NCBI GenBank assembly: GCA_036405415.1 | Contig: DASWXP010000002.1 | Span: 556,450-620,449, forward strand | DNA length: 64,000 nucleotides | Direction of reading: 5' to 3' | Source: Minisyncoccota bacterium | GTDB taxonomy: Bacteria; Patescibacteriota; Minisyncoccia; Phycocordibacterales; Phycocordibacteraceae | Shown: positions 9,432 to 19,062 of the stretch, in pieces | Position numbering within the stretch: the stretch's first letter is position 1 | How the letters are laid out: every line of letters begins with the position of its first letter | Program-made: the position numbers and the translations under genes | Notes under the pieces: generated by a model | What the model saw: the letters and a program-made list of their open reading frames with translations, nothing else | Told to the model about the DNA's origin: nothing | Databases searched by the model: none

Positions 9432-10223
9432 CTAGGCCTTTCCGTAGAGCGATGCGAGGTCCTGGAGCTGCACTTTGAGCGGAGGAAGTACTGCGTCACT
9501 TACGAGGCACTTGTTTACGGTCTCCGGAGTCTCAAACGGCTCTAGGGAGATTTCCTTCCCGTACACCTTGGCGACGATACGCAGAACATCGTGCTTACTC
9601 ATGCATTCGGGAGAGGCAATCTGCGTAAGCCTCGGATAGGCATCCCAGTCGCGAATAAGCATGAGCGCCTGCTTTGCCCACTGAAGCGTCGTGATGCCGT
9701 TCCAGTAATGATTGCTATAGCCTCGTACCGTACCTTCGCTCGCGAGGAACCAGTCGAGGAGCGAAAGGGCGGTGCCGCTCTCGTGCCCGATTATCGAGGT
9801 CCGTATGATCTTCGTATGGGATCCGTGTTCCTCGATCCATGCAGATGCCTTTGCCTTGCTTCTGCCGTACGCATCAGCTGCATCGCGCGACGCATCCTTC
9901 TCATACCGCTCGCCAGGAGGAATGGTTCCGAGGAACTCGCAATCCGTGGAGGGGTGGATCACGCGGCTCCCGACGCTGTCGAGGAACAGGGGAAGGGCTA
10001 CGTTCAGCGTTTCGTAGTCGGAGGCCGTCCCACCTTTCTGCGGAATCTTGCCGATTGCATTAACGATATAGTCCGCACTGGAACCGAGGACGGCTTCCTT
10101 AAACGCTTCGTCGGGCCATCGCGCGCTCGTGGTCACGCATTCTATATCAGCATACGAATCGAGGTGCCTGAAGACCGCATCCCCGAGCATGCCCCGATGT
10201 CCAAGAATGAGTACTCGAGTCAT
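9432..10223 (-). CDS. RmlD-like SDR (dTDP-4-dehydrorhamnose reductase family) sugar-nucleotide reductase
   Basis: VLILGHRGMLG N-terminal Rossmann, YGRSK catalytic motif. Confidence 0.55.
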   Translation of the reverse strand: MTRVLILGHRGMLGDAVFRHLDSYADIECVTTSARWPDEAFKEAVLGSSADYIVNAIGKIPQKGGTASDYETLNVALPLFLDSVGSRVIHPSTDCEFLGTIPPGERYEKDASRDAADAYGRSKAKASAWIEEHGSHTKIIRTSIIGHESGTALSLLDWFLASEGTVRGYSNHYWNGITTLQWAKQALMLIRDWDAYPRLTQIASPECMSKHDVLRIVAKVYGKEISLEPFETPETVNKCLVSDAVLPPLKVQLQDLASLYGKA

Positions 10224-11163
10224 GATGGCTTGAAGTAATCGTGATCCTTAAGAAGGGTTCGGAGATCTTCCTTTGAAATGACACAGTCTTCGGACGAGAG
10301 TCCGTTCTTCGGAAGCCTGCCTTCATGGTACACGTTCCGATAGTGGAGGAGGTATTTTTTGTTGGCTTCATCGTACGTCGCGCGCTCCATCTCATACGGA
10401 GAGATCATCTGCTCATGGGTCTTCTCTGAGATACGAGGCACGCCGAGCTGCCAAGTGAGACTGAACTCCTCTTGGTATATCTCAAAGAGGTCCTTCACCT
10501 TGAAGGCAGGGAGATCAGGGACGATATTGAAGCCAGTCTTCTCGAGTGCATACTCTATGCAGTCGATCGCCTCTTCAATATCGATCATGAATCGCGTCAT
10601 GTCCTCGGAGTAGAGGGTGAGAGGGTACTGCTTGCCGATCGAATCCCAGATGAGTGGGATGATAGAGCCAGTAGAGTTAAGGACATTGCCGTAGATCACG
10701 GAGGTAAGCCGACACGACTCCTCCTCTGCATTGAGCGTGAATGCCTCTCCCGCCACGAACTTCATGGCGCCGTACAGCGTCGTAGCGCAACGACTCTTGT
10801 CGGTCGAAATAAATGCCGCGGCTTTGAGCCCGTTATCGATAGCTGCCTTGCGGGAGTTCATTGCACCGTGGATGATGACCTGCAACGCCTCTTCCACATT
10901 CTGATCCACCGCCTCGATCTGCTTGAGTGAAGCCGCGAATATGCCGATAGTGTGTCCCGCCACGGAGCGGTGCAAGAGCTCGGCGTTTCGAATGTCGCCG
11001 ATGATGCAGCGCACCCTTGGGAAACGCTTTTTAAGGTAGTAATGCTTCGATTCGTCGCGACTGAAGATCGTGATGTCGTTGTGCTCGTAAAAGCGCTTCA
11101 CCAGGTTCCTTCCCAGATATCCCGCGCCGCCGGTAATGAATATCTTCTCGCCTTTGATCATGT
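10220..11163 (-). CDS. PseB/CapD-like UDP-sugar 4,6-dehydratase (polysaccharide biosynthesis protein)
   Basis: KIFITGGAGYLGRNL Rossmann start, YGAMK catalytic motif; start likely ATG 11163 (MIKGEK). Confidence 0.6.
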
Positions 11164-11297
11164 ATGGAGTATATAACCCGCTTGTTTGAATAATAGTAGC
11201 ACCGATTCCCCGGGGGACCACCTAATTGACATCCCATACTCTACTGGTGAAAAGAAATCACATCGCCTTGGGTATTCATTGTTATACTCAAGCCACA

Positions 11298-12329
11298 ATG
11301 ACTACCCGTCGCGTAACTGTCGTAACTGTTGTGTTTGGGGACCGGTGGGACCTTCTTCGTCAGGTTGCAGATTCTCTACTCCCAGATCCTCTCGCCACCA
11401 CGTTTGTCATTGTAGATAACGGCTGCACGGACCGAGAGTTAATGGATGCTTACGCAGCCAACCACCCGGATCGAGTAGTGGTGCTGAGACAGGAAGAGAA
11501 TATTGGCTACTCGGGTGCGATACGCAAAGGTCTCGAGTACGCGCGTACTACCGACTGCGACCGCGTGTTCGTGCTCGACGACGACTCGGTCCCTGAGCCG
11601 GGAGCCATAGGCCGCCTGTATGAGAACCTGGCGTTTTTCCCGGAGCCCGAGAAGATTGTTCTCGCAGGCAACCGCATCGACGTGGCTGACAACGCAAAGG
11701 TCTTCAATCGGTTGCCGTCAAAAACCCTGATGCCTAAAGGTACGCTTTTCGAAGTGTTCTCATTTAGGAAGTTCGTATCGCTCGTGCGGCTCCTCCTCAG
11801 AATACCGAAGCCGGCTGGAGACCCGTATCTTCCTATGGTCCCGCTCGAAGCACTCGTAACCGGCGGGTCGTTCATTCCTATCGGTGCTATCCGCACGACC
11901 GAGCTTCCTGACCCTGAGCTCTTCCTGTATGGCGAGGATCTTGAGTTCTCCTGGCGTATGCGGCGGAACGGATACTCCTGCTACGTGTGTGCACAGCCGG
12001 TGATACGTGATATCGATCTCACATTCTCAAAAGAGGGGGATCATATCTTTGACCTTTTCGAGTCTAAGTTTAGGGACTACAAGGTGTATTTCCGCATCCG
12101 GAACGCAGTCATCATATCTCGTAGGAACACTATCCAGGCGCCTCCGGTGCTTTTAGCGAATGTGCTTATCTGGACGGCAGGTCTCATTGCCATCGGTTTC
12201 TTCGCGAAGGGCCTCTCAAAAACGTTCTTTAAGAGGGCGCGAATCATACTCCGTGCGGTGCGCGACGGCTACGGCTCGGAACGTACGCCCCCGCCGTTTA
12301 TCGAGATACCGGGACGGAAGCGCGCTTAG
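11298..12329 (+). CDS. GT2-family glycosyltransferase
   Basis: VTVVTVVFGDR...VIVDNGCTD...VLDDD motifs; start at ATG 11298 (MTTRR). Confidence 0.6.
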   Translation: MTTRRVTVVTVVFGDRWDLLRQVADSLLPDPLATTFVIVDNGCTDRELMDAYAANHPDRVVVLRQEENIGYSGAIRKGLEYARTTDCDRVFVLDDDSVPEPGAIGRLYENLAFFPEPEKIVLAGNRIDVADNAKVFNRLPSKTLMPKGTLFEVFSFRKFVSLVRLLLRIPKPAGDPYLPMVPLEALVTGGSFIPIGAIRTTELPDPELFLYGEDLEFSWRMRRNGYSCYVCAQPVIRDIDLTFSKEGDHIFDLFESKFRDYKVYFRIRNAVIISRRNTIQAPPVLLANVLIWTAGLIAIGFFAKGLSKTFFKRARIILRAVRDGYGSERTPPPFIEIPGRKRA

Positions 12330-13101
12330 GTATGCACATCCTTCCAAAGCGGAGCGCCATATAGACGAAGAGGGCGAGGTTCCAGAGGTTTCGAGATCCA
12401 ATCTCGCGCGTAAGACGCGCGTACAGCCCGAGCCTAGAGCGGAACGATGCGCGCTCATGCGTGACGCCCCCTGGCAGATACCCTTCCGAATATGTTCCCG
12501 GAAAGGGTAGGTACGTGAACCGGGGACATGCTCTCGCTATCTGCGAGAAGAAAAACCACTCCTCGCCATTCTTTGCCGAAGAAGGGAAGACGCATGCCAG
12601 CGCGTGCACCGAGTTGATGCAATGCGTCGCATCTCCGCTGAATCTCTTCGTTATGAGGTACTCGCGATAATAGGAGACCTCGGAACAGCCCGTGCGGTTC
12701 TTCGTGAGCCGTGTACCGCTAGAGAGGACCCGGTCTGACACAAGCCAGCCATATGGTCGTTCTGAGAGCGTTCTTGCAAACTGCTCAAGGCAGTCGCTAT
12801 CGAGCCAGTCATCGTCATCAAGGAGAATGATGTACCCTTTAAATCCTGAATTTCGCAGGTGCGCGAGTGCAGCATTGAGGGATGCGTTCTTTCCTTCGTT
12901 CTCGGTGTTGCGTATATATGTGATTCTTTTATCTTCAGCGACGGATCGTTCGAAATCGCCATAGGGAATCTCTGGTGAATCGTTCACGCATACGAGTTTC
13001 CATTCTGGATAGGATTGCGCGCGAATGCTCTCAAGGGCCCTTATGGCGAGCGCTTCGCGAGCGTGAGTAGGCATGAGCACGGCGAATCGGACGGGTAGCA
13101 T
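12298..13101 (-). CDS. GT2-family glycosyltransferase
   Basis: FAVLMPTHAREA...VCVNDSPE...ILLDDDDW motifs; start ambiguous (13125/13101/13074). Confidence 0.55.
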   Translation of the reverse strand: MLPVRFAVLMPTHAREALAIRALESIRAQSYPEWKLVCVNDSPEIPYGDFERSVAEDKRITYIRNTENEGKNASLNAALAHLRNSGFKGYIILLDDDDWLDSDCLEQFARTLSERPYGWLVSDRVLSSGTRLTKNRTGCSEVSYYREYLITKRFSGDATHCINSVHALACVFPSSAKNGEEWFFFSQIARACPRFTYLPFPGTYSEGYLPGGVTHERASFRSRLGLYARLTREIGSRNLWNLALFVYMALRFGRMCIPKRASVPVSR

Positions 13102-13133
13102 AGTGTGATATCGTGCGAAAAGCATACCACTTC

Positions 13134-13997
13134 ATGCAACATGCCATGAGCCACCTTACCCATATTTGGAAGAACCGACTGTCTAAATTCAGGGACAACC
13201 CAGGAGGCATTTGGCCGTTTCTTAAGAAGCGGCTCTACTACAACTTCGTTGCGGACCGCTATCTCGGCGCGTACAAGGATTTCCAATATTTGAATTACGA
13301 AGAGACTATCGACACTGCGATTCGCGAGAACAGGTCTGTTGTGCGTTTCGGTGACGAGCTCTTTGACATGCTCCAGGGCATTGGCTTGTACTTCGGGAAC
13401 TGGCGCCAGCGCTATCATCCCGAGCTCGCAGGCCGGCTCAAGGAAATCATCTCGTCGGAAGACGAGCGTCTCCTTATCTGTTTCAATCCGGAGCTCATAC
13501 TCAAGACTAGAAAGGAATTCCGCGACATGGGTATCCCTGAGCAGTATCAGTTCTGGACGAACTCGAAGATGTTCCTGAGGAAGTATTATCACCCACACAT
13601 TGTGTATGGCAGCGCGCTCTCGTTTCATACCCGCTATAATCCTGATCTGGATTTCGAGAAGCTCGGACGTTACTTCGCCACTAAGGATGTGATCATTGTT
13701 ACTTCGGATACGGCTCGGTTCGAGGGACTCTCTCTCGGTAAAAGCACTGCGTTCATAGAGGCGCCTGCGAGCGATGCCTGGGACCGGTACGCAGAGATCT
13801 ATCAGGAGATAGTCCGTCGCATTAAGGCGGGACATCTCTACACGAAAGACGTGCTCGTCATGGTCTCCATGGGAAGCGCTGCCAAGGTGCTTGTCTACGA
13901 TCTTACGAAGGCCGGATATGTGGCATGGGATACGGGCCAGTTCTTCGACTTAGCCTCAAAGAGGATCAATGCGCTCGGGGGCAGGTCAGCTTCCTAG
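13134..13997 (+). CDS. GT-D-type glycosyltransferase (DUF1792 family), paralog 2
   Basis: VRFGDE motif; shares motifs with 8600..9403; start ambiguous (13113/13134/13146). Confidence 0.5.
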   Translation: MQHAMSHLTHIWKNRLSKFRDNPGGIWPFLKKRLYYNFVADRYLGAYKDFQYLNYEETIDTAIRENRSVVRFGDELFDMLQGIGLYFGNWRQRYHPELAGRLKEIISSEDERLLICFNPELILKTRKEFRDMGIPEQYQFWTNSKMFLRKYYHPHIVYGSALSFHTRYNPDLDFEKLGRYFATKDVIIVTSDTARFEGLSLGKSTAFIEAPASDAWDRYAEIYQEIVRRIKAGHLYTKDVLVMVSMGSAAKVLVYDLTKAGYVAWDTGQFFDLASKRINALGGRSAS

Positions 13998-15350
13998 TGG
14001 GTTCCCAGGAAGATCAACAGCGAGTCTCGAGTCTCCCTTTTGAGGGGTCGAAGACCGTCGGACGAAGAGAATAAATAGAGGCACGAGACTGTAGGAGAGC
14101 ACTGTTGCATACGCCGCGCCGAGGATTCCGTATGCCGGTATCCAAAGTAGGTTGCAGACGATATTCACGGTCATGGGCACGAGCGCCGAAAGGACCAACA
14201 CAAGTCGCTTGTTCTTTGTGGTGAGATAGGTGTGGACGAGGATACTGAGCGAGGTACCAACGAACGACCATATATAGACTTGGAGCACGGGTATCGTGGC
14301 TGCGAATTCAGGGCCGTACAGGAGTGGCACGACAAACGGCGCGAGGAGCATCACGAACATGGAGATTCCTACGGGAATAGCGACGAATAGCCAGCTTATG
14401 CGGAGCATCCTTCTTTCGAATACGCGCTCGTCAGACCGGTGCGCGTTTACAATGGCGGGAAAGAGGGCTGATGCGATCGCGCCAGGAATGAAATTCCAGA
14501 GATCCGTAAGTCGTACCGCCGCATCATAAATGCCCACAGCCTCTGCATCAATAAAATGCTTGATAAATACCTGGTCGATGCGGGCATAGATAACTGTGAA
14601 CGCGCTCAGGAACATAATCGGAAGCGAGTCAGCGAGCAGGCGCCGTGCGAGCGTCGGCTCCCATACCCAGTCCCTGAGGCGGTTATGGAAGCGCGTCCGA
14701 TAGAGGTATACGTACATGACCGCATAAAGCGCCGGTTCAAGAAGGAGAATGAGTGCGAGGTATATCACTCCTTCTCCGGCGAGCATAACGCACACCTTGA
14801 GTATATTGAGCACTATCGTGGCCAGTATCGAGATGAGCGTTGGATACTTTGATTCGGCTCGCGCAAGAAATGCAAAAGAGATCACCTGGAATGGAACAAG
14901 AATGAAGGTACCAGCAAGTATGAGAATAAGAATGCGTGAGACGTCATCCGCGGCGACAGTCGCAGCAAGCACTCCCGCAACGACAGCAGTCAGGATCCCG
15001 GCGCCCATTCGCAGCACGAACGAAGTGCCGAGAAGCTGCGAGCGCTTCTCAGGCTCCTTGATGAGTTCACGGAAGAGGATGGTATCAAGCCCAAGTGGCG
15101 CCAAGAACCCAACCAGTCCTACAACGCTGAGCGCATAACTTATCTGCCCATAGTTTTCAGGTCCGAGGTTCCGAGCGATAAACAGGGTCGCTAGGAAGGA
15201 GATGCCGAGTGTAAGCATCCTCCCGCCTAGGAGCCAAGTGGCATTCTTGAAGTATCTTCGAAAACCCTGGTGTATCCAGGCCAGGCGCAGGAGCGCGAGG
15301 GGTCGAGCGAGGATGGGGAGACGGCTCATGAGATGGGTAAATCGTAGCAT
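13986..15350 (-). CDS. Wzx-like polysaccharide/oligosaccharide flippase (multi-pass membrane protein)
   Basis: About 12 predicted TM segments with polysaccharide-biosynthesis-protein-type N-terminus (KNATWLLGGRMLTLGISFL...). Confidence 0.55.
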   Translation of the reverse strand: MLRFTHLMSRLPILARPLALLRLAWIHQGFRRYFKNATWLLGGRMLTLGISFLATLFIARNLGPENYGQISYALSVVGLVGFLAPLGLDTILFRELIKEPEKRSQLLGTSFVLRMGAGILTAVVAGVLAATVAADDVSRILILILAGTFILVPFQVISFAFLARAESKYPTLISILATIVLNILKVCVMLAGEGVIYLALILLLEPALYAVMYVYLYRTRFHNRLRDWVWEPTLARRLLADSLPIMFLSAFTVIYARIDQVFIKHFIDAEAVGIYDAAVRLTDLWNFIPGAIASALFPAIVNAHRSDERVFERRMLRISWLFVAIPVGISMFVMLLAPFVVPLLYGPEFAATIPVLQVYIWSFVGTSLSILVHTYLTTKNKRLVLVLSALVPMTVNIVCNLLWIPAYGILGAAYATVLSYSLVPLFILFVRRSSTPQKGDSRLAVDLPGNPLGS

Positions 15351-15433
15351 CTTGGAAAGGGGTATTGGATATAACCTCGTTGCCCAGGGATTCGTGGCAG
15401 AAATCGGAAATCGAGTAGTATACTGGCCGCATC

Positions 15434-17614
15434 ATGAAAGACGCCGCCCGATGGACCGCTTTGCTAGCCTTGTTCGCGATCCCGTTCCTACCCTTATATG
15501 TATCGAATGAACTTTTCTTCCCGTTCATTACCGGGAAGAACTTCGCGTTCAGGATTCTCGTTGAAATCGCTTTCGTAGCGTATGGATTCCTCGCGCTTGT
15601 AGACAGACGGTATCGTCCGAAGTATTCGCATGTGTTGGCGGCATTCGGCGGGCTCGTTGCTTGGACAGCTGTTGCGAACATGCTCGGCGTGCTCCCGATG
15701 AAAGCGTTCTGGAGTAACTTCGAGCGCATGGACGGGTGGGTGACTCTGGTGCATCTCTTCCTATTCTTCGTCGTGGCGGGCGCAGTGCTTTCGGTTGAGC
15801 GGCTGTGGCGGCGCTGGTGGCTCTTCTTTGTATCTGTTGCGGCGGTAGTGTGTCTTTACGGACTGGTGCAGCTTGGGGGCGGTGCGGAAATCCACCAGGG
15901 AGGCGTGCGTCTCACTGGAACGCTCGGTAACGCTATCTACCTCGCGGTGTACCTCATGTTTGCGATATTCATTTCGTGCTGGCTTGCGGTCCGCTCTAAA
16001 GGCTGGCTTCGCTGGTCGCTTATCGGTTTTATAGCACTCGCGTTCGTCATCATGTTCTTCACCGGATCGCGCGGTCCGCTCGTCGGCCTCATTGCAGGCA
16101 CCATCTCCGGCGCGGGACTGTGGCTCTTCCTCGCTCGTAAGGAGTGGGGTAAAGGCGCTGCAGCGACCGGCATCAAGATTGCGCTCGGAAGCGTCGCTGC
16201 GCTCGTGCTTGCAGGCGGACTGCTGTTTTCGCTCAAGGATAGCGACACCGTTACCGGAAACCCGTTCCTTTCGCGTGCAGCATCCCTCTTCTCAGTGGGA
16301 AGCGAGCTCGAAGTTCGCGAAAAGCTCTGGGGAATCGCGTTCAAGGGTGTAGCGGAGGATCCGATTACCGGCTGGGGTCAGGAAGGGTTCAATCAGGTCT
16401 TCAACAAGTATTACGATCCTTCGCTCTACGATCAGGAGGCGTGGTTCGATCGTGCGCACAACATGTACATCGACTGGTTCGTTGCAGGCGGTATCCCTGC
16501 CGGGCTCCTATTCCTTGCGCTTCTCGGCCTCGGATTCACCGCGCTCGTACGCCTCCCGGGGGCGTCCCGTGCGGAGCGAGTATTCCTTGTTTCTGCATTC
16601 GTAGCATATGCAGTTCAGGCGATCGTAGTGTTCGACAATCTCTTTAGCTACGTACCGCTCATGATGCTCCTTGCGATGGCACATGCGCAGTCGGGCAGGA
16701 ATGTCCGCGCACTCAGTAATGCACCTGAAATGGATGCTGAGAGTACCCGGGGTTATGCAGTCGCGAGTGCGGGGGCTATCATCCTTATCGCCATCATTTG
16801 GACGGTGAATGTGTCAGGAATTCAAGCCGCCAATCATCTCGTCTATGCGCTTTCCTCAGGTCAGAGCGCCACATCGAGCCTTGCTCGATTCGAGGAAGCG
16901 CTCGCGGCAGACTCTTTCGCGTCACAAGAGATCCGAGAACAATTCTCTTCAGCCGCCACATCGCTTAGTGAGAACGAAGCCATACCGGAGCAGATTCGTA
17001 AGGAATTTCTCGTTCGTGCAGCGGAAGAGATGAATAAAGAGGTAGCTTCGTCTCCTAACGATGCGCGTTTGCGTGTACAGTACGCTTCGCTTCTCAAAGC
17101 AGCAGGGGACATAGAAGGAGCGCTAACACAGTATCAAGCGGCGCTCGCGCTTTCTCCGAAGAAGCAGGCAATCTATGTGACGCGCGGATTCATGTTCCAC
17201 GACCTTGGCGATAATGAGTCAGCTCAGCGTGACTTCATATATGCATATGAGCTCGATCCTTCTTTCCCGTCGCTCAATACCAGTATCGCTGCCGGCTTAA
17301 TAATCACAGGCGACGTGGCTAAAGGTAAGGAGATAGCCATGGAGGTATTCAGTACGACTACACCTGACGATGATTCGTTGTTCCTAGCATACTACCGGAC
17401 AAAGGCATGGAACGACCTTATCGCGGTGGCGCGTGCAGGAGTTCTTGCGCGCAGCAACGAGCCTGAGGCGCACTACAGACTTGCGCAGGCGTATGCTGCT
17501 GCAGGTCGTATGGCAGAAGCGCGCGCACAGATCGTACAGACAGTAAAGTCATTCCCTGCGACGCGTGAGCTTGGAGAAGCGCTCATGCAAGAGATCTTCG
17601 GCCAGGCACGATGA
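15434..17614 (+). CDS. O-antigen ligase/polymerase-family (Wzy_C) membrane protein with C-terminal TPR repeats
   Basis: Multi-TM N-domain with FFTGSRGPLVGL motif typical of O-antigen ligase family; C-terminal ~250 aa TPR-like repeats. Confidence 0.6.
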   Translation: MKDAARWTALLALFAIPFLPLYVSNELFFPFITGKNFAFRILVEIAFVAYGFLALVDRRYRPKYSHVLAAFGGLVAWTAVANMLGVLPMKAFWSNFERMDGWVTLVHLFLFFVVAGAVLSVERLWRRWWLFFVSVAAVVCLYGLVQLGGGAEIHQGGVRLTGTLGNAIYLAVYLMFAIFISCWLAVRSKGWLRWSLIGFIALAFVIMFFTGSRGPLVGLIAGTISGAGLWLFLARKEWGKGAAATGIKIALGSVAALVLAGGLLFSLKDSDTVTGNPFLSRAASLFSVGSELEVREKLWGIAFKGVAEDPITGWGQEGFNQVFNKYYDPSLYDQEAWFDRAHNMYIDWFVAGGIPAGLLFLALLGLGFTALVRLPGASRAERVFLVSAFVAYAVQAIVVFDNLFSYVPLMMLLAMAHAQSGRNVRALSNAPEMDAESTRGYAVASAGAIILIAIIWTVNVSGIQAANHLVYALSSGQSATSSLARFEEALAADSFASQEIREQFSSAATSLSENEAIPEQIRKEFLVRAAEEMNKEVASSPNDARLRVQYASLLKAAGDIEGALTQYQAALALSPKKQAIYVTRGFMFHDLGDNESAQRDFIYAYELDPSFPSLNTSIAAGLIITGDVAKGKEIAMEVFSTTTPDDDSLFLAYYRTKAWNDLIAVARAGVLARSNEPEAHYRLAQAYAAAGRMAEARAQIVQTVKSFPATRELGEALMQEIFGQAR

Positions 17615-18621
17615 TGCCCAAGGAACAGATCCTGTTCGCAGGACTCACTACGCTTCGGGTAGGAGGCCCGATTCATGATCTGTTCGAGTGCACGTCCGAG
17701 AATGAGGTTCTGAACGCGATTACGTTTGCACAAGCAAAGCACCTTCCGTGGAGAGTGCTCGGCGAGGGAAGTAACGTCCTGGCCTCAGACGAAGGGTTTG
17801 AAGGAGTCGTGATACTCATGCGTATTCCCGGCATGACGTTTACTGAAGAAGAATCCTTCTCGCTAGTTACCGCTGGTGCGGGCGTGCACTGGGATACGCT
17901 CGTCGAAGAGTGCGCGCAACGGGGACTGTGGGGCCTTGAGAACCTTGCAGGAATCCCTGGAACCGTTGGCGCCTCTCCAGTCCAGAATATTGGTGCGTAT
18001 GGTAGCGAAGTTAAGGACACCATTCATTCCGTAAGAGTCTTGAATACGCGCAGTAATGCTATTGAGGACATGGATAACGCTTCATGCGGCTTCGGATATA
18101 GAGATAGTCTGCTCAAGAGAGACTCAGCACTCATTATCCTAAGCGTCACCTTCAAGCTTTCAAGAAACAGTGCGCCAAGCCTCTCATATAAGGATCTTGC
18201 AGCACGTGCATCAGAAGGAGAGGACCTGTCTACTCCTGCGAAAATCGCAGCGGCAGTGCGCTCGATTCGCGCGCAGAAGTTTCCGGATTTGCATGAGTAC
18301 GGTACGGCGGGCTCCTTCTTTAAGAATCCAACCATTAGTACTGAAGCATACGAAAAGCTCGCATCAGAATACAAAGGGCTGCCAGGATTCCCGAACGCTG
18401 AAGGCGTGAAAATACCGCTCGCATTCGTGCTCGACAAAATTCTTAACCTTAGAGGATACCGAGAAGGAAATGTTTCTCTCTTTGAGCGTCAGCCGCTCGT
18501 ACTTGTCGCAGACCATGGTGCAACGCAGGAGGAGATCGATGCATTCGCGAATGAGATTGCACAACGTGTCTTTGACGCAACGAACATCACTACCGAAAGA
18601 GAAGTACGAACGTTTCCATAA
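17611..18621 (+). CDS. murB: UDP-N-acetylenolpyruvoylglucosamine reductase
   Basis: FAD-binding LTTLRVGGP..., NLAGIPGTVGASPVQNIGAYG motifs. Confidence 0.8.
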   Translation: MMPKEQILFAGLTTLRVGGPIHDLFECTSENEVLNAITFAQAKHLPWRVLGEGSNVLASDEGFEGVVILMRIPGMTFTEEESFSLVTAGAGVHWDTLVEECAQRGLWGLENLAGIPGTVGASPVQNIGAYGSEVKDTIHSVRVLNTRSNAIEDMDNASCGFGYRDSLLKRDSALIILSVTFKLSRNSAPSLSYKDLAARASEGEDLSTPAKIAAAVRSIRAQKFPDLHEYGTAGSFFKNPTISTEAYEKLASEYKGLPGFPNAEGVKIPLAFVLDKILNLRGYREGNVSLFERQPLVLVADHGATQEEIDAFANEIAQRVFDATNITTEREVRTFP

Positions 18622-18804
18622 AAGTTTTTTTCTAAAAATTAATTTTTATTTTTAAAACTTATCCACATATAAAAATATTTCTTACACAAAAAATATTTTT
18701 CAGACGCATACTTATCACTAACACGCATGTGTAAGAAATTTTCGTAAGAAAGATTCTTATCGTGCGGGTCGAAGATATCAGTCATAGCAAAACACTCGAG
18801 ACCT
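18622..18804 (+). promoter_or_regulatory. AT-rich intergenic region upstream of histone-like sORF
   Basis: Strongly AT-biased stretch in a ~60% GC genome; likely promoter region. Confidence 0.35.
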
Positions 18805-18978
18805 ATGGCAGCAAAGAAGAAGACCGTTCGCAAGGCAGCTAAGAAGTCGGTAAAGAAGGCAGCTCCTAAGAAGAAGACTGCAAAGAAGACCGTCAAGAAG
18901 GCAGCTAAGCGTCCGGCAGCAAAGAAGAAGGCTGCGAAGAAGGCTCCTGCGAAGCGCAAGACCGCGCGCCGCAAGTAG
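18805..18978 (+). CDS. small Lys/Ala-rich histone H1-like / nucleoid-associated basic protein (57 aa; missed by ORF track)
   Basis: ATG 18805 to TAG 18976-18978 encodes MAAKKKTVRKAAKKSVKKAAPKKKTAKKTVKKAAKRPAAKKKAAKKAPAKRKTARRK, followed by a hairpin terminator. Confidence 0.5.
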   Translation: MAAKKKTVRKAAKKSVKKAAPKKKTAKKTVKKAAKRPAAKKKAAKKAPAKRKTARRK

Positions 18979-19000
18979 CCCCTCTTCGACCCTCTTATGC

Positions 19001-19028
19001 AAAGCCTCCCGTACGGGAGGCTTTTGCG
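19001..19028 (+). terminator. rho-independent terminator (10-bp stem, GTAC loop, T-tract)
   Basis: aaagcctccc-gtac-gggaggctttt. Confidence 0.6.
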
Positions 19029-19049
19029 GTATAGTGGCCGATACCTATA

Positions 19050-19055
19050 TATAGT
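19050..19055 (+). promoter_or_regulatory. -10-like hexamer TATAGT 7 nt upstream of secA ATG, within CCTATATATAG motif
   Basis: tacctatatatagttattcct-ATG. Confidence 0.35.
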
Positions 19056-19062
19056 TATTCCT

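Noticed and set aside
9591-10238. 215-aa plus-strand ORF
   Set aside because: Antisense to the RmlD-like reductase gene, which has clear Rossmann and catalytic motifs.
18997-19062. ORF-track start of secA at ATG 18997
   Set aside because: That ATG lies inside the stem of the upstream terminator hairpin (19001-19028) and upstream of the -10-like TATAGT. ATG 19063 (MPTFLGKLF...) matches canonical SecA N-terminus.
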